From contig CM022667.1 of assembly GCA_012295275.1 (NCBI GenBank), positions 7,812,001 through 7,876,000 on the forward strand: 64,000 nucleotides of DNA, read 5' to 3'. How positions within the stretch are numbered: position 1 is the stretch's first letter; each line of letters opens with the position of its first letter. The position numbers were made by a program, and so were the translations under genes. The stretch comes from Chrysomallon squamiferum. Its lineage: Eukaryota > Animalia > Mollusca. Below the pieces are notes generated by a model. It searched no databases, was not told the DNA's origin, and was given only the letters and a program-made list of their open reading frames with translations. Positions 21,347 to 36,510 of the stretch are shown here, one piece after another.

Positions 21347-22654
21347 ACAGACAACTATACCGTCATAATTTACACTTCTTCTTTTTTTTTAATTTATTTT
21401 ATACTGAACAGGAATACGAAGGGTTACAGAATACATCTAAATTTTATAAAAATTAGTAAACATATTTACATCAAAAGTTTAACAGTTTGACCAACAAATA
21501 TATCATGTCGGTTTATAATCAACACATGATCGTTTTTCTTTACTTTCACAAAATCAATACTTTGCTATCAGCATGTTATTTCTCTTCATTTTCTGTGGAA
21601 GGTTTTATTTATTTATTTATTTTATATATGTATATTTATTTATTTATTTTGTTTTATTTTTATTTTTATTTTATTTTTGGAGGGGTAACCTGTTCTAATT
21701 AAGATCTACACTTTGTACTTGGCGTGTACAAATTTCAAGAAGCGAACGTATGTCGACAACTAAATCTTCGTAAAAAGTCAAATTAAAAAAAAAAAAAATT
21801 CAATTTTTTTTTTTTTTTTTTTTTTTTTCAAGTTATCCAAGGAAACAGACCATACTTTGAAATATATAATTTGTATAGGTAAAACTATTAAATGGTGGTA
21901 AGATAGTTAATCATATTTTTATCTGATCTGTTTTAAGCCGGCACGGAAAATTCCTGAAAGGGGCCCATTCGTAATGTTATTTCATCCATCATATAAGTGT
22001 GTATATGATGTAAAATAAAGTGCTACTTATTCTAAGATAAGCTATTTAAATTCAACAGTTTCGTATTATAATATTTTATATGAATTTCATATATTCTGAT
22101 AAAAAATTAAACAAGTCAGACAATAAATATATACTGAATTAATGGGGAAAATAAAGATTAATTATGAATAAAAACTGGGTATCTAATATTTCTGTTATTA
22201 TTGTTGTTTTGTTTTGTTTGTGACTGTATGTCGAGCAACGTCAATAATGCAATGTATATTTTTTATTAGCAACAAATAATTACATGTTGCTAACACTTTA
22301 ATGCCTATATTTGAAACAACTAATTAACTGCAAGTGGCGTGCAATTACAAAGGTTTCCTTAAAATCGTTCTAATCTGAATCAGTGGTCATTCATTTAGGT
22401 TTGGTTGCAGGTGATACTTACTATTACTTTATTATATTATAACAACTACAACAACCTCACGAAATGATCAATTAATTTATCACATTAATTAGCGTTTAAG
22501 AATTTCTTTTTAGACATCAACAAAACCGGTTTTTGATGATATAATGCCCTATATTGATCGTAATCATTTTGTAGCCTTAGCGACCACAAATCCAGTCTAT
22601 AACAGAGGAATCACGCATGCGTTATTTGTTAGTGCGAACTACTTGCAGTACAGA

Positions 22655-25096
22655 ATGGCCGATTTATCAAAAGATTACATGTCGAATAACGCCGATCCTA
22701 AAAACATCCAGGATCTGACCACGTTTGTAAGTACAGTTCATATTTTTAGAAGTATCTTATATTGATATGTTCTAATTCTGGTGTTTTTGATAAATATAGT
22801 AATTTGTTTCTTTCAAACTTTGATTATGGCGGGTGTCAAACCAAGAACTAAATCATGTGTGAGCTTGTCAATTTTTTATATTCTTTCTTTATTTCTTTAT
22901 TTATTTATTTTCTTTCTTGTTTTGGGGCGTTTGTTCGTGATTTCTGCATGTTTTTATTAACCGTTAAAAAATAATAAGATACAAATGTTCGGCTACTGTT
23001 ATTACATTCTTAAGTAGATAAATAAAAAAAAAAACACGTAAATTTGTAAAATACTTACACACTAATAGAAAAGTAACACAGGCCTTTCAAATTAAACTGG
23101 GCCCTCCTGCAACATGTGTTTGTTGTTTTTGTTGTTGTAGATTGGGTGTGTGTTGCGTTTGTGTGTGATGAAATTGTTTTAGACATGTTCTACAAAATGA
23201 AATGGGCTCAGTTTGCAAGTTCATATATGCATATTTTTAATTTATTTTAATATCCAGAACCAAGAAAGCACAACATTTTGTATCAAAAGTTGGCAATGGT
23301 GTGTTCTTCATCATAGTTGATGTCACATACAAAATGTCATAAACAAAATTTATGAAAAGGTCAAGTTTTAGTAATTCAGCAATAATATACACACTAAGAA
23401 AATAAAGGTGACATGGAGCATAATATATTAGTTTCTTACCTGCTTGGTCAGAAATTTCTTAATTTCTTCACTCAAAAAGTCAGAACTGAACAAAAAATCA
23501 CCAATCAACGTGTCATGGAATAGAACTTCATTTTGAAAAGTGTCAAACAGAACATCTGTTTTAAACTGTGTCAGTTTGGTAATGGAAAGGACTTGTACAA
23601 AACAAAGAGAAGTTTTTTTCTTTTCCTTTCTTTAAAACTGAGAAAATCTATAATAATAACTAAGATCCAAGGTTTCAAATTGCACTGATGGCCTCGGGAA
23701 ATGCTCACATTATACATACGGTTTTCTCATTTTAAGAAAATCATTGTCCTATCGACAGCTCCCAGACACTTGTACTCTGGTAAACTGAGCCATCAGTTTT
23801 TGTCCTTGTAACACTTTTTACATGACTGCAACACCTTTTAACACCTGGTATTTTAACCTGATTCCTCCTACATTATAAATTAAACAATTCAGTAATTTCA
23901 CTTACTTTGTTATCAGCAAGAAACAAAAGACTCTAATGCCACATTGTTTCCAAGTTTACAGTGAGGTTTCACAGAACCTGTACTAAGATATTTCACTCAA
24001 ATATAAATATATTGGTTTATATAGTGTTCATTGACGAAAGTAATTAAAGTACTTGTTTCATTGGTATTACTCATTAATATTCATCTGTGATAATATGAGT
24101 GTTATTTTTTTTGTTTTTTAACTATTATTTATTTTTTACTGTCCATAAAATTAATTCTTTTTTACTTTTTTATTTATTTATTTGTTGGTTAATGTTTCTT
24201 GTCAGATATTTAAAACTCTGAGAGAGTAATTTAAAATATTTTTGTAATGTTAAAGAAATACTGTAGTCAGATAATATTAAAATGTTTAAATTTCATCCTC
24301 ACTTCCTATAATTTAATGATGTATTTCCAAACTAACAATTATTATAAACTAGAATAACTTCTATCTTGATATTTTTTGCATTTAAAGATTAAAATACTTG
24401 TAATGGATTGAAAACACTGGTTTGTTAAATTAAAAAATATGTTTTCTGTACATCAAAATCTTTTATTTGAAATAATTAGTTTTTGTTTTTCTTCTAGGTT
24501 CAGAACCTGATGCAGCAAATGCAGGACAAATTTCAGCAAATGTCAGATCAGATTATCACAAGAAATATCCTTTTATTAATTTTGTTACTTTTATAGTGAA
24601 AAAAAAATGTATTTTTAAGATTTATAAGAAAATTTCAAAAGGTATTGTTTTAAGGTGATGATACAACAAAAATAGACGGTTTTTTTCAATTGTCTTTTTC
24701 TTTTTTTAATATGAAAATAATTACTGTTATGAATGAAATAATTTCCGATTTGATTATATTTCTAAAATATGGGTGATTGTTGATCTCTTCAAAACAGTGT
24801 TTACTGTTATCTAGATTTACAAATGTTAACATTTTTTTCTTCAACTTATTACCAAAATGTTCTTTATTTGCTATTTATAAATACTTGTTTTTATTAATTT
24901 TTTGTTTTTTAATTTCTACTTATTATTTATTTATTTTTAGTTGTTATTCTTACTTTATAATGAATATGCAAATATTTTGTAACTGAGTATTTTTCTTAAC
25001 ACTTTTTCACTTGACGACATGGGAAACCGGATTGATGATCTTGAGAAGAACATTGCTGACTTGATGACCCAGGCAGGTGTTGACGAGCACATCTAA
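22655..25096 (+). CDS. HSBP1: Heat shock factor-binding protein 1 (74 aa)
   Basis: Exons 22655-22726, 24498-24564 and 25011-25096 give [74 protein letters not shown], the HSBP1 coiled-coil signature. The spliced protein is not recovered by the ORF track. Confidence 0.95.
24565..25010 (+). other. U12-type (minor spliceosome) AT-AC intron in HSBP1
   Basis: 5' site ATATCCTTTT, branch point TTTTCTTAAC at 24991-25000, 3' end ..TTCAC. Its removal restores the conserved R-I-D-D-M frame. Confidence 0.93.
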
Positions 25097-26589
25097 CAAG
25101 ATGCTGCTGTTGTAGTTGCAGGCTGTGCATTCCATGAGCTGGCATCTCATGTCTTAAAAAAGAAACATTTTCATTTTCTTTAAATACCTTTATAAAAAAA
25201 ATTCATCAAGCATTTTATTGTTACATAAAAACAAAGATAAAACACAATCCGTCCAAGATTTTTTAATCATTGGACCTTTATGTTGAATTTATAATGTCAG
25301 ATAAGTAGATTAATCAAGTAGCTTTCTATTTCTTTATATCAACTTTTTTCTTGTAATGTTCATAGTAATGTTGTTTTTTTATTTATAAAGTAGTTTCTAA
25401 TTTTAGAAATATTTGTGCTTGGTGTTACCTTGGTGTCATTTCCTCTTTTTTTTTCATAGTATTGTGATAAAGATGATAACTGCTGAAATGTTCAGAACAA
25501 ATCAAAATTTCTAATTTTAACTTGATTTTATTTTTACTCTACTCATATTTAGTGTTAATTCAGAAATCACTACAGTGATTTACAAGCTGTTGACAATTAT
25601 AATGTATGAAATTAAAATAATAAATAAAGAATTATAATTATTATATTTTTTACTAACTTCTAATATTGCATGATTAAGTTAAACTGACCTTCCACAAGTG
25701 GACTTCATAAAATAAAATATTTGGTTTTATTTATTTATTTATTTGTTTGTAATATACAAACAGTAAAATGTGTATATAATGCAATAAAACAAATTTAACT
25801 GTTACAAGTTTTTCATTAATTGATTTACGATGTAAAATAGTTTTAAAAATAAATTAACATATCTGGACTAACAACCTATTTTAACACTTAGAAGACAAAC
25901 TTGATTAGAATTAAATCAACAGATCCTAGAAGTAGAAGTTCAGTTCAGGCTTACTCTGTTGGAGAAATAATGAGACGTTCTGAATTAATCTGTATTTGGA
26001 ACATCTCTTGTTGCAGAAAAACATTTATTATTAGTTTTAGAACAACATTTCTGGATATCTCATTTGAATCGGGATACATCAACAAAGAACAAATCAGTGG
26101 ATGTTTAAGGACAACCCAGTACAACAACAGTGAGCCGGGACACATTCCAGTTACTTCTGTTTTAGTGACAACTCTTTAGTAAGATAAGGTATAGTAATAA
26201 TGAAATAGAGAGGCTCACAATATTCTTAAAATTCTGAAGTGAATTAAAATGTCAAAAAAACCAACAAAAAAAACGTACATTTTATGCACACATCATGCTT
26301 ATAACGTTGGCAGCGTACAAAATATATTTTTACTTTTTATCATGCTATCGGACAAATTTTTCTTTTTTATTATTTATTTTATTTTTATTTCATTTTCATC
26401 TTTAAATTACTTTCATTTTAACTGACAATATATCTTAAAATGCATATATTTTTTTATTTTTTTTATGTTACCATGTAAATAGTAAAAAAATAAAAGTGGA
26501 ACTTCCTTGTATTATTAAGCAAACAATTTAAAATAAAATAAATCTAATTAACACAGAACAAACACAGTAAAATAAAATAAAAATTTAAT

Positions 26590-29500
26590 TCAAAAATAAT
26601 CAACTGCTCGATTTTTTCTTGAAACATCTTTTCTGTAAATACAAAATAAATTAAATTAATTTAAAATAAATAAATAAATAAATAATAGTGATAATAAAAA
26701 TAATTCAGTTTCATAGCTTCATTTATAAACAACATTATAGCAAGATAAACACTGAAATAACAGTGTAACATTTATCTTGAAGCAGTATATGTGCACAGAA
26801 TAAGAAATAAATAAAAAGGCAATAAATTCTGGCAGCATTATTAGTTTACATGAATTTTCCTTAGAATAAATAAGTGAAAAACTGACATTGTAGGTGAATT
26901 GATAATAGAAATAAAAACCAGTAAATAAACTCAAATGAAGCACACTGGTACACTGAATGGATTATCAAATATGTTAAAAATTATGTATTGTTAATTATTA
27001 TTTTTAATTATTATATATTTATTTTTTATGCTTAGTTTATTGTGGGTTCCCCCCCATCAAAAAAAATAAGTTTCTGAGTTTGTCAAGCTGGGTTTCTTTT
27101 TATTACCTCAGATGAATGTAAAAATATCTAACTTGGGTAATGGTTTAAAACTGCTATATGGATATTTTTTATTTCTTTTTTATTTGAATGTTATTTATCA
27201 TAATTTTTTTTTTAGTTTTCATTTAGTTTTTTGTAACTATTAACATGACAGGTAAATTAATCACAAACGTTTTATCACTTTTTTATGAAAAGACTGTTCA
27301 ACAGGTGCTGTTTATCTGGCAAATAAAACAGAAATAATTCTCCTCGCCTGGTATTACTGACGTTTCTTTTTTAAAAACAATCTTTTATACATGACAACAA
27401 AGAGCTGTATTTTAATGTTGGTTTATTGATCACCAATGTTATTTTTAACATGAAGAGGAAAACTGTTTTATGGAAGATTGTTATTACTTAGCAGCAAGGT
27501 ATCTTTTACAAACAGCATACAACAGACGTCTGCCATTCACAGGCAGCCATGTTGGAAATTGTTGAACAAGCCTATTGTCATTTCATAGTCACACACTAAC
27601 ACCAGTCCAAGTATCATGTGATGATCAAATTGTTTAATTTTTATTAATCTTGGCACAAAGGAAGAATAAAATATAACTGGAAGAAGTAGATGATGTTGAG
27701 AAGTGATACATCATTAGTTTTTATACATCTTGGTATCCTGTCAGTGTAGTTACAGAACAAATCAGAGCTGTGTGACTGCTGTGTTGCTGGTTAATGGTAC
27801 TCAGGATGTTAATATTAAATGTTATTTATCAGAAAATTCAATAATGTGAGCAAACACTACAGGGTTAATTTCACATCTTAATTATTAAGATTCAAGATAC
27901 CATAATGATGTGTTATTCCCTAATTTCTTGATGGTTTTTATGTTTTGTCCTTTTGTTTCATGCACCCAAATAAAAGCATTTTGCACAAAGATTCACATCA
28001 AAATGATTATCACAGAGAATTGTGGTTTTTTCCACAAAGTAACATCAAAATGAAATGAAAATATAAATAGCTCAGTACATTCACTTAATGAATTTACACT
28101 AATAACCTTGAACTTGCTTGTAATTACAAAAAAAGATCAATCCAATTTGTAAGTAAATATAACAAAGGGTGCTAATGAGGAAATCTCATCAAGAGAAAGT
28201 ATGATCACAGAGGCAAAAAAAAAGAGAAAAAAAGTACATTATTTACTGTTGATTTTCTCAGATTTATACCTGTCAAGGAGATCGGAATCAGACGGAGTTG
28301 TGTCCCCTTCTGATTCTGAACTACTTTCATAACCATTGTCAACAGAGAGTTTCTTTTTTCTCAACTTCTTCTCTTTCTTCTCCTTCTTATGTTTTGACTT
28401 TTTGTGCTTCGTCTGAAAAAATAAACAACAGCACAATCATACATTTTGTTCTTAGAACTTTTTGAAATGATTACATTAATGACAGCACTGGATTTTCTGG
28501 ACAGATGACAGAAGGAAGTTTGTAACTGTCAGACTTCTACAGCAGATTTCTGTCTACTGTCAGGTATTTTTCTCTAGATAAAAATTACTTATGAAATTAT
28601 GCAAACACAACCAGCTGCTGATAAATATACAGTCAATCTGTACTAGATTATCTTCCGTTTTTCTACCAGTAGTAAGTTGACAAAACTACCTTTTTTTACA
28701 ATATTTAGGCGATAAAAAAAAACTTTTATAACAACTTGATAAATTAACTTATTTTTAACAATATTAACTTGATGAAATTACCTTTTTCTCTTTTTTATGT
28801 TTTGGTTTGTGGTCTCGTTTGTGTTTACTTCTGTGACGATGTTTTTCTTTTCTGTGTGTGTCTGCTGACATTCCTACAAGTTCTGAAGTATCTGCGATTT
28901 CATCAACTGATTCTGTAAATATTAACAATAACTATTATACAGTCTACTAATTTTTAACATTTTTTACATTATGAATTATTAAAACTAATTATTATATTAT
29001 TTACTAAATATTAACATTTTTTACATCGTAAATTATTAAAACTAATTATTTTACTATTTACTAAATATTAACATTATTTTATATCATGAATTATTAAAAC
29101 TAATTATTATACTATTTACTAAATATTAACATTTTTTACATCATGAATTATTAAAACTAATTATATTATTTACACAATATTAACATCTTTCACATCATCA
29201 GTCATTCAACCTAAAATTATAATATTTGTTACTACAGATGTTAATGAAAATATTTAAACTGTATCTGCAGTGATAAAAACAGGAAGACTAAATATCTTTA
29301 ATTTCCACAAGATTATTTGTTTGTAAGTCAAAGAAAGGGTTATGTTGGATTTCGTGGATACTGACCAATAAAAAATGTTTCATTTAGCTCTATCATAAAG
29401 TTCATTTTAACACAACTCTCATCTCTGTAGTTTGTGTGGTCAAAATTAACAGAAAATTCTAAGAAAACTTAACTAGCTTTTTCATTCTGGCTTCAAACAT

Positions 29501-32500
29501 GTGTCTTAGATACCATAAATTAATTATTATTATTTTTCATTTGGTGAGTATTTATGTAGCTTCCTCAGTCAAAATCTCAAAACTAAGACTGCATAAAATA
29601 CTATGATAAGTATTTATTTTGCCTTTTGAACCAAAATCACAACATTTATTATATTATAAAAATCTAACTATAATGTTAACTAAGGTAGATAATTCATACC
29701 AGAAACTGGATTACTGGGAGGAAGGGCAGGTCCATAAGGAGTTGTCTTTTCATTGTCTTCATCAACAGCTGACAACCTCTCTTCAACTGGGTCAGCAAGG
29801 GGAGATGATGTTTCACCTTTGTCCTGTTCATTTTTTGCTGTGAAAAAAAAAAAAAAAAAATGAATTAATTGATAAGATGCACAGTAGCATTTCTATTTTT
29901 GTAAACTGTAAAATAGGAATATTGAAAAAGCAAAAATATTTCATGGATTAAGAATCAAATTATTCCTTACAAATCATACTCACTGTCAGTTTTGACTGCA
30001 TCAGAATGTTTGTCCTCAGAATCTGCCACAACAGTCTCACCCTGTTTATCTCTCACACCAACCACAACAGCGTCCTTGTTTTTACCATCATCAGCAGCAT
30101 CTTCAGACTCAGATGAACTTTCAGAGTCTGAGTTTTTAAAAATAGCTTTGAACAGATCAGTGGAAGGTCTCTCATCATTGTCCTGTTATTAATAAAAATA
30201 AAAAATAAAAAATAAAGACCATCAAAGTAAATCAAATTTAAATGTTGAAAAAAATGGCTATTTGTATTTATATTACAACTGGGGACTGAAAGATCACATG
30301 GTCAGTTCTGTTCAGTGCATTTACAAAGGTTACTTCCCAATCTGACCAGTACTCTTTATGTCATGGCTTTAAAATGTGTATTTTGTTTCAAGTTACTTTT
30401 TACTCTAAATTAACCAGTGTTATGAAAGAAAATATGTTGTTTTGTTTTTAAATATTTTTATTTACCTTGGAGATTTTATGTATTTATTTATCATAACTAT
30501 TCAGTAATATATTTATCTCTTCTTTTTCCTTCTTTTATCAGGGGGAAAATTCATTAGTTTAATTATCACTTTTTTAAATAATTTATTTATTAGTTTCTTT
30601 TTAACAATCTATTCACTTATTTATCAGATTCATTATTAAAATTATTTTTAATAATTATTCGTTTGCTATAATAACATTTTTCAAAATAATTAATAAACTT
30701 TAAACTGAGTTTAAAATGACCTTTGTTTGTTCTTTTGATGTCATCTCAGTTGTTGTATCTGTAGTTGTTGTTGTTGTTGTTGTGGCTGTTGTCATTTTAC
30801 TGTTGTCAGAGTCAAGCACACTAAAGATGGATGCTGGTTTTCCCAGGATGCGAGGTTTGACTTTGATTGACAGATTTGTTGCTTTGTCAGTTTTCACGTC
30901 CTGATCAGTCTTACCTGTCAGTACATCATCATCATTATTAATAGTAATCATTTTTATCATTACTGAGATGATAAATCATTATTAACACCCATTATTAATG
31001 CAGTATTCATTTTTAACAATTATTATTAATATAATAATCGTTTTTAGCATTTGTCATTTTTTATGCAATATTATTTTCAACAATCATTTTTGCAATAATA
31101 ATTATTACTAATATAATAATCAAACTTAACATTTATCATTATTATTACTAATAATAATTTTTAACATTCATCATTATTAATAAAACAATCACTTTTAAAA
31201 ATCATTATTATTAAAATAATAATTTTTAACATTCCTTCAATCATTATAAATAATAATTTTATTTTATTTTTTTAACAATTCTAATCTTTGCTTAGTAAAA
31301 CAGGTTTTCCATTATTTGATGATGTTTTTTTTTATATTAGATAATTGAAAAATAAACAAATAACAATTAAAACATGTTATTTGTTTTGTGACATATGTAA
31401 AGTAAGAAATAAAATAATTTTACCATCTTGAATGGCTAGTGGAGTCTGTGACGTTTCTCTGCTTTCACTGGATGTCTGTGTGTTGTCATGGAAACTCAGA
31501 AAAGTAAATACTGAAAATGTCTGTTTTCTTGGTTTTGGAATACCAACTGTTGTTGATCTGCAAGTTGAAATTAAAACAATTCATTAGACAGACCAGAATT
31601 TCTACATTTAGTTAAATACCTGATTAAAATTTCTAATAAGGTTTCCAAGACTGGAAGAAAATATATTTTATATCTGTATTGTAACATTTTTAAATGTATA
31701 ACTTTCACTTTTACAACACACATTCAAGAATCAATTTAAATAAAATGCAAAGTAATATATGTCAACATCATCCTAAATAAATATGAATACTGAATGTAAA
31801 GTTCCCGAAATACAAATATTTGCCTCAGGAAGGGATATGACAACTTAATGTTCTTATACCAGACATATCTGGTACTTTGAATCCATATTTACACTGAGTA
31901 CAGGTGTGAACAATGTATCTGTACTTACCCTGAGTACAGGTGTGAACAATGAATCTGTACTTACCCTGAGTACAGGTGTGAACAATGAATCTGTACTTAC
32001 CCTGAGTACAGGTGTGAACAATGAATCTGTACTTACCCTTAGTACAGGTGTGAACAATGTATCTGTACTTACCCTGGGTATGGGTGTGAACAATGAATCT
32101 GTACTTACCCTGGGTATGGGTGTGAACAATGACAGGTGTGAACAATGAATCTGTACTTACCCTGGGTACAGGTGTAAACAATGAATCTGTACTTACCCTT
32201 AGTACAGGTGTGAACAATGAATCTGTACTTACCCTTAGTACAGGTGTGAACAATGAATCTGTACTTACCCTGGGTACAGGTGTGAACAATGAATCTGTAC
32301 TTACCCCGAGTACAGGTGTGAACAATGAATCTGTACTTACCCTGGGTATGGGTGTGAACAATGAATCTGTATTTACCCTGGGTATGGGTGTGAACAATGA
32401 ATCTGTACTTACCCTGGGTACAGGTGTGAACAATGAATCTGTACTTACCCTGGGTATGGGTGTGAACAATGAATCTGTACTTACCCTGGGTATGGGTGTG

Positions 32501-35500
32501 AACAATGAATCTGTACTTACCCTGGGTATGGGTGTGAACAATGAATCTGTACTTACCCTGGGTACAGGTGTGAACAATGAATCTGTACTTACCCTGGGTA
32601 TGGGTGTGGCACGTTGAATCTACGACAGAGAAGTTTGTCAGGAATCCACTCACATTCGTGACGAGTCAGTCGACCAAACATCTTCATCTCAGCTGCTTTC
32701 GCCTCATCTGTCTTCTCTACCTGACATTCAGTTTTAAAATTCAAATATTATTTTTTTTTTTTTTTTTTTTTTTTTTGAAGAAATGACATTATTCCAAAAA
32801 TTGTATATACTACTCTTATGAGACACACACACACACACAGACAGATATATACATATATGAAAAAATAATAATTAAAAATATACCAGTAAACTTTGATTTT
32901 ATATGACCAGAACGTTTTTATTATGAGATATAATACCTGTATTTAAATATATCTCTCTCACACACACATTCACTGTTTCATATAAAAAAAAAAAAAATAG
33001 TATTTCTGTATCAAAGATAAAAGTTAAAACTTACATTTTCAGCTGGAATATCGGCTTTGTCAGTTTCATCAAGATATTTGGCAGACGTAAAACGGTTAGC
33101 CATCAGTCCAGCTAGCGGCTTGTACAGTTTTCCTGCTTTAGTAAATTCCTCCTTTTCTCTGTCTCGCTCCCACTCTGTCATGTGTTTCTCAGCTACACCA
33201 CTGTAAGGATCTAGATACAAAACAAATAATTTAATAAAATAGTGAAAGGTAAAACAGTACAGTTAAACCTAACCTTTTCAGTATCAGGATACGTTGCACC
33301 TTTAAGATAAGAAATTTAAACTACAGAAGAAACAGATGATACCCTGATTTGTGTCCCAGTGAAAACAGAACACTAGTGATTTGGTTATGACTCTGGTGTT
33401 TTGAATAGTCACTATGGATACAAGAGAAGTTATAGCTTCACTAAAGACACTGTAGAGATTAAAAAACAACAAATTATTTTACATTAGTGTTTGAAATTTT
33501 TTAATTTTAACAACAAATTCAAGAAACTGAATTTTATTAATTATTACTAACAGCAAAAGGAAAACTGAACAAAACCTAAAATTAAAAAAATTAAAATTTT
33601 CTACAGGTAGTAAATTAAATTATTTTAGTAAGACTGTACCTTTGTGTCCCTGTCTGACATGATTCAGGTAAATATCATATCTTCTTTGTTTATCAGGATC
33701 TCGTGGAAATGGTTTAAAAGACAAATTTCCTTGAAACAGAGGAGCTGACTGAATCGACTTAGAATTTTCAGTTGTCTAAAAAGCAAATAATAACATGATG
33801 ATTACAAAGAAGAAGAAAATTACAACAAAAATAACAATAAGAAGAAAATAAAGAAGATAAAAAATAACTGAAAAACTATTTTTTATTTTAGAATCTATTT
33901 AATAATTTAACATTCATCTATTAATAATATATATCTATTTTCTAATTTTTCATTTCTTTTTTAAAAGTTTGTCTTCTTTTTCTTGCTTTTCTTTTTTCCC
34001 CACTTTTTAAATTCATAAAATTAAAAAAATTTTACTTTCTGTTAATATCAACAAATACCTGTGTCTCTTCAGATGTTTCATTGCTTTCATCAGAGTTATC
34101 TGTCTTGTTATGTGTTCGAGATAACTGACTAGAAATCTTATCAGAGTTATCTGCCTTCTCGTGTGTGTGAACTGTCTGTTTTGCTTCTTCCATCTTCTTC
34201 CTGTCATCCTTGGAAATCAGATCAAACACTGAAGCTGCAAACAAACAACAAATTTTTTATTAAAATTATTTGAACACAAAGCAAAGAAAGAAAGAAAAAA
34301 GAAAGCAAATTTAAATGTTTGATATTAATAGTTTCAACATAATGTATTTTTAAATAACAGAAATATAAATTTACATACATGTAGAGACTGAAAACATTTA
34401 TTATCAGAAATTTCAAAATTAAACACAGAACAGAAAAGCAAATCTGGCCAAATGACTTCCATTTTGATCATAAATGTGAAAAAAAAGAAATTCCCATAAA
34501 AACAAATTAAGAAAATGTTTCATACTTTAAAAATGTAATAATAATAATAATTCATTTTCTTACTAAAAATAGGTGTTTCTCCTAGAATAAGTCCTCTGTC
34601 AACAGCATTCAAATCTTTTTTTCTTGTTTGTTGTTGTGTTAAATCTTCTGATTGGTTCAAATCTAGCTGTATCAGAGGCTGTGGTTGGACCTTCTTGAAA
34701 TGGTGGACTGGTTTGTAGTGGCGAGGTATGGGAGGAGGTTTGAAGACTTTCTTCTGACTCAGAGTTTTAGATGACAGACTGAAACCTTCCAGCAGTTTTC
34801 CTACATATCCTACTGGTGTCTCAGCTGAAAAAACAAATAAAACTCAGTTATAATGACACAGATAAAACTGAATTACAATAACAGCAACACAGAAAAACTC
34901 CTTTATAATAACTGAATAGATAAAACTCCTTCATAATAACACTGATATAGATAAAACTCAATTATAATAACTGTCACGTAGATAAAACTCATTTATAATA
35001 ACTGACATAGATAAAACTGATTTATAATAACTGTGACATAGAAAAAACTTTTATAATAAAATGTAACATAGAAAAAACTGATTTATAATAACTGTTACAC
35101 AGATAAAGAGAAAACCTGATTTACAATACTCATGCCACAAATAAACTCATTTATCATAATAGTGATGTAGATAAAACTCACTCACAACCATGACATAAAA
35201 ATACAGAATAAATAAACATACATTTTTTTTAAAGAACATATTTGTATACATGTTTGTTTATATAATAAATGTCAGTGACTGAGTGACTATGGTTTGAAAA
35301 ATCAGACATGAGGTAACACAAAAGAGCCCAGTAAACACAATGAGTAGGACTAAACCTGTGACACTTCGTTTCTGACAACACAGTTCACTTAAAGAACAAG
35401 TTATTATCAACATTTCTGTTAGTACAGCACAGAGAAAATTATTTGACTTATTACTGCTGTTGTACAAACCAGGTTTGTGTTTCCGTGGCGCAGTCCACCC

Positions 35501-35690
35501 AAAGTTGCTGTCCTTCTCGTCTATGTCCATCGTCATGTCGTAGTTACTGAGGTGATCTGTCGCGTAGATGTCATCATCATCTTCCTCCAGAGCACCCACA
35601 CCAAACGCCTCAACACAAAACATTTTAATAAAATAAATAATAGGAGTAGTAGTGTGTAATAGTATGAGTAATACATTCTGAAATCTTATT

Positions 35691-35773
<83 letters not shown>

Positions 35774-36447
35774 AGGTATAATGAATAATATTTAAATTAA
35801 ATTCTTTTCAGCTGTTAGAATTACAAAACAATAACAAACCGAACTTCTCTCTATATTAAATAATCTTTCAAATAAAAAATAAAAATGCTATTACTAGACA
35901 GAAATTTTTATTGGACTTACCTGTCCTCGGATTCCCTTTTGACCTCTGACCTTACGTCCCCCACTTGTGACTGGTGGAGCTTCAAACAGATTAATGTGAC
36001 CTGAGTACAAAGCAGCCTTGGGATCTAAACCTCGATAGCCCAGACCATGCAAGTTATCTTTAGTTTCAAACGACACTGGGTTAGTGTCCTTCGGAGCAAA
36101 TGTGACATCTTGCAGAAAATCCTCTTCAGATTCCTTGAATATAATCAAGTATTATCTACATTATTTCCCACTCAGATCATCTGTTGTAATTTATAAGCTA
36201 ATATTTACTACATTTCAGTATCACTACGGACTGAAATTATCTCTTTTATGTATTAAATATTTTATTCCTTGAGCAAGAAAAGTGTTTTCACTGAACAGAG
36301 GTAAAAACTGTCAACATCTGTCATTAAAATTTATGATCTTGAAAAAATACATTTAAATTATACTATTTCATAAATATTCCCATAGTATCTCATAACTGAA
36401 TACTGTCAAAGACTGAAACATTAACAGAAAAAAGGACAAAAAAAGGT

Positions 36448-36510
<63 letters not shown>

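Noticed and set aside
31886-32607. 36-bp repeat array resembling a CRISPR repeat length, plus long ORFs over it
   Set aside because: Units are head-to-tail with no unique spacers, there are no cas genes and it lies in a eukaryotic intron. The ORFs arise from a stop-free 36-nt period in non-exon frames.
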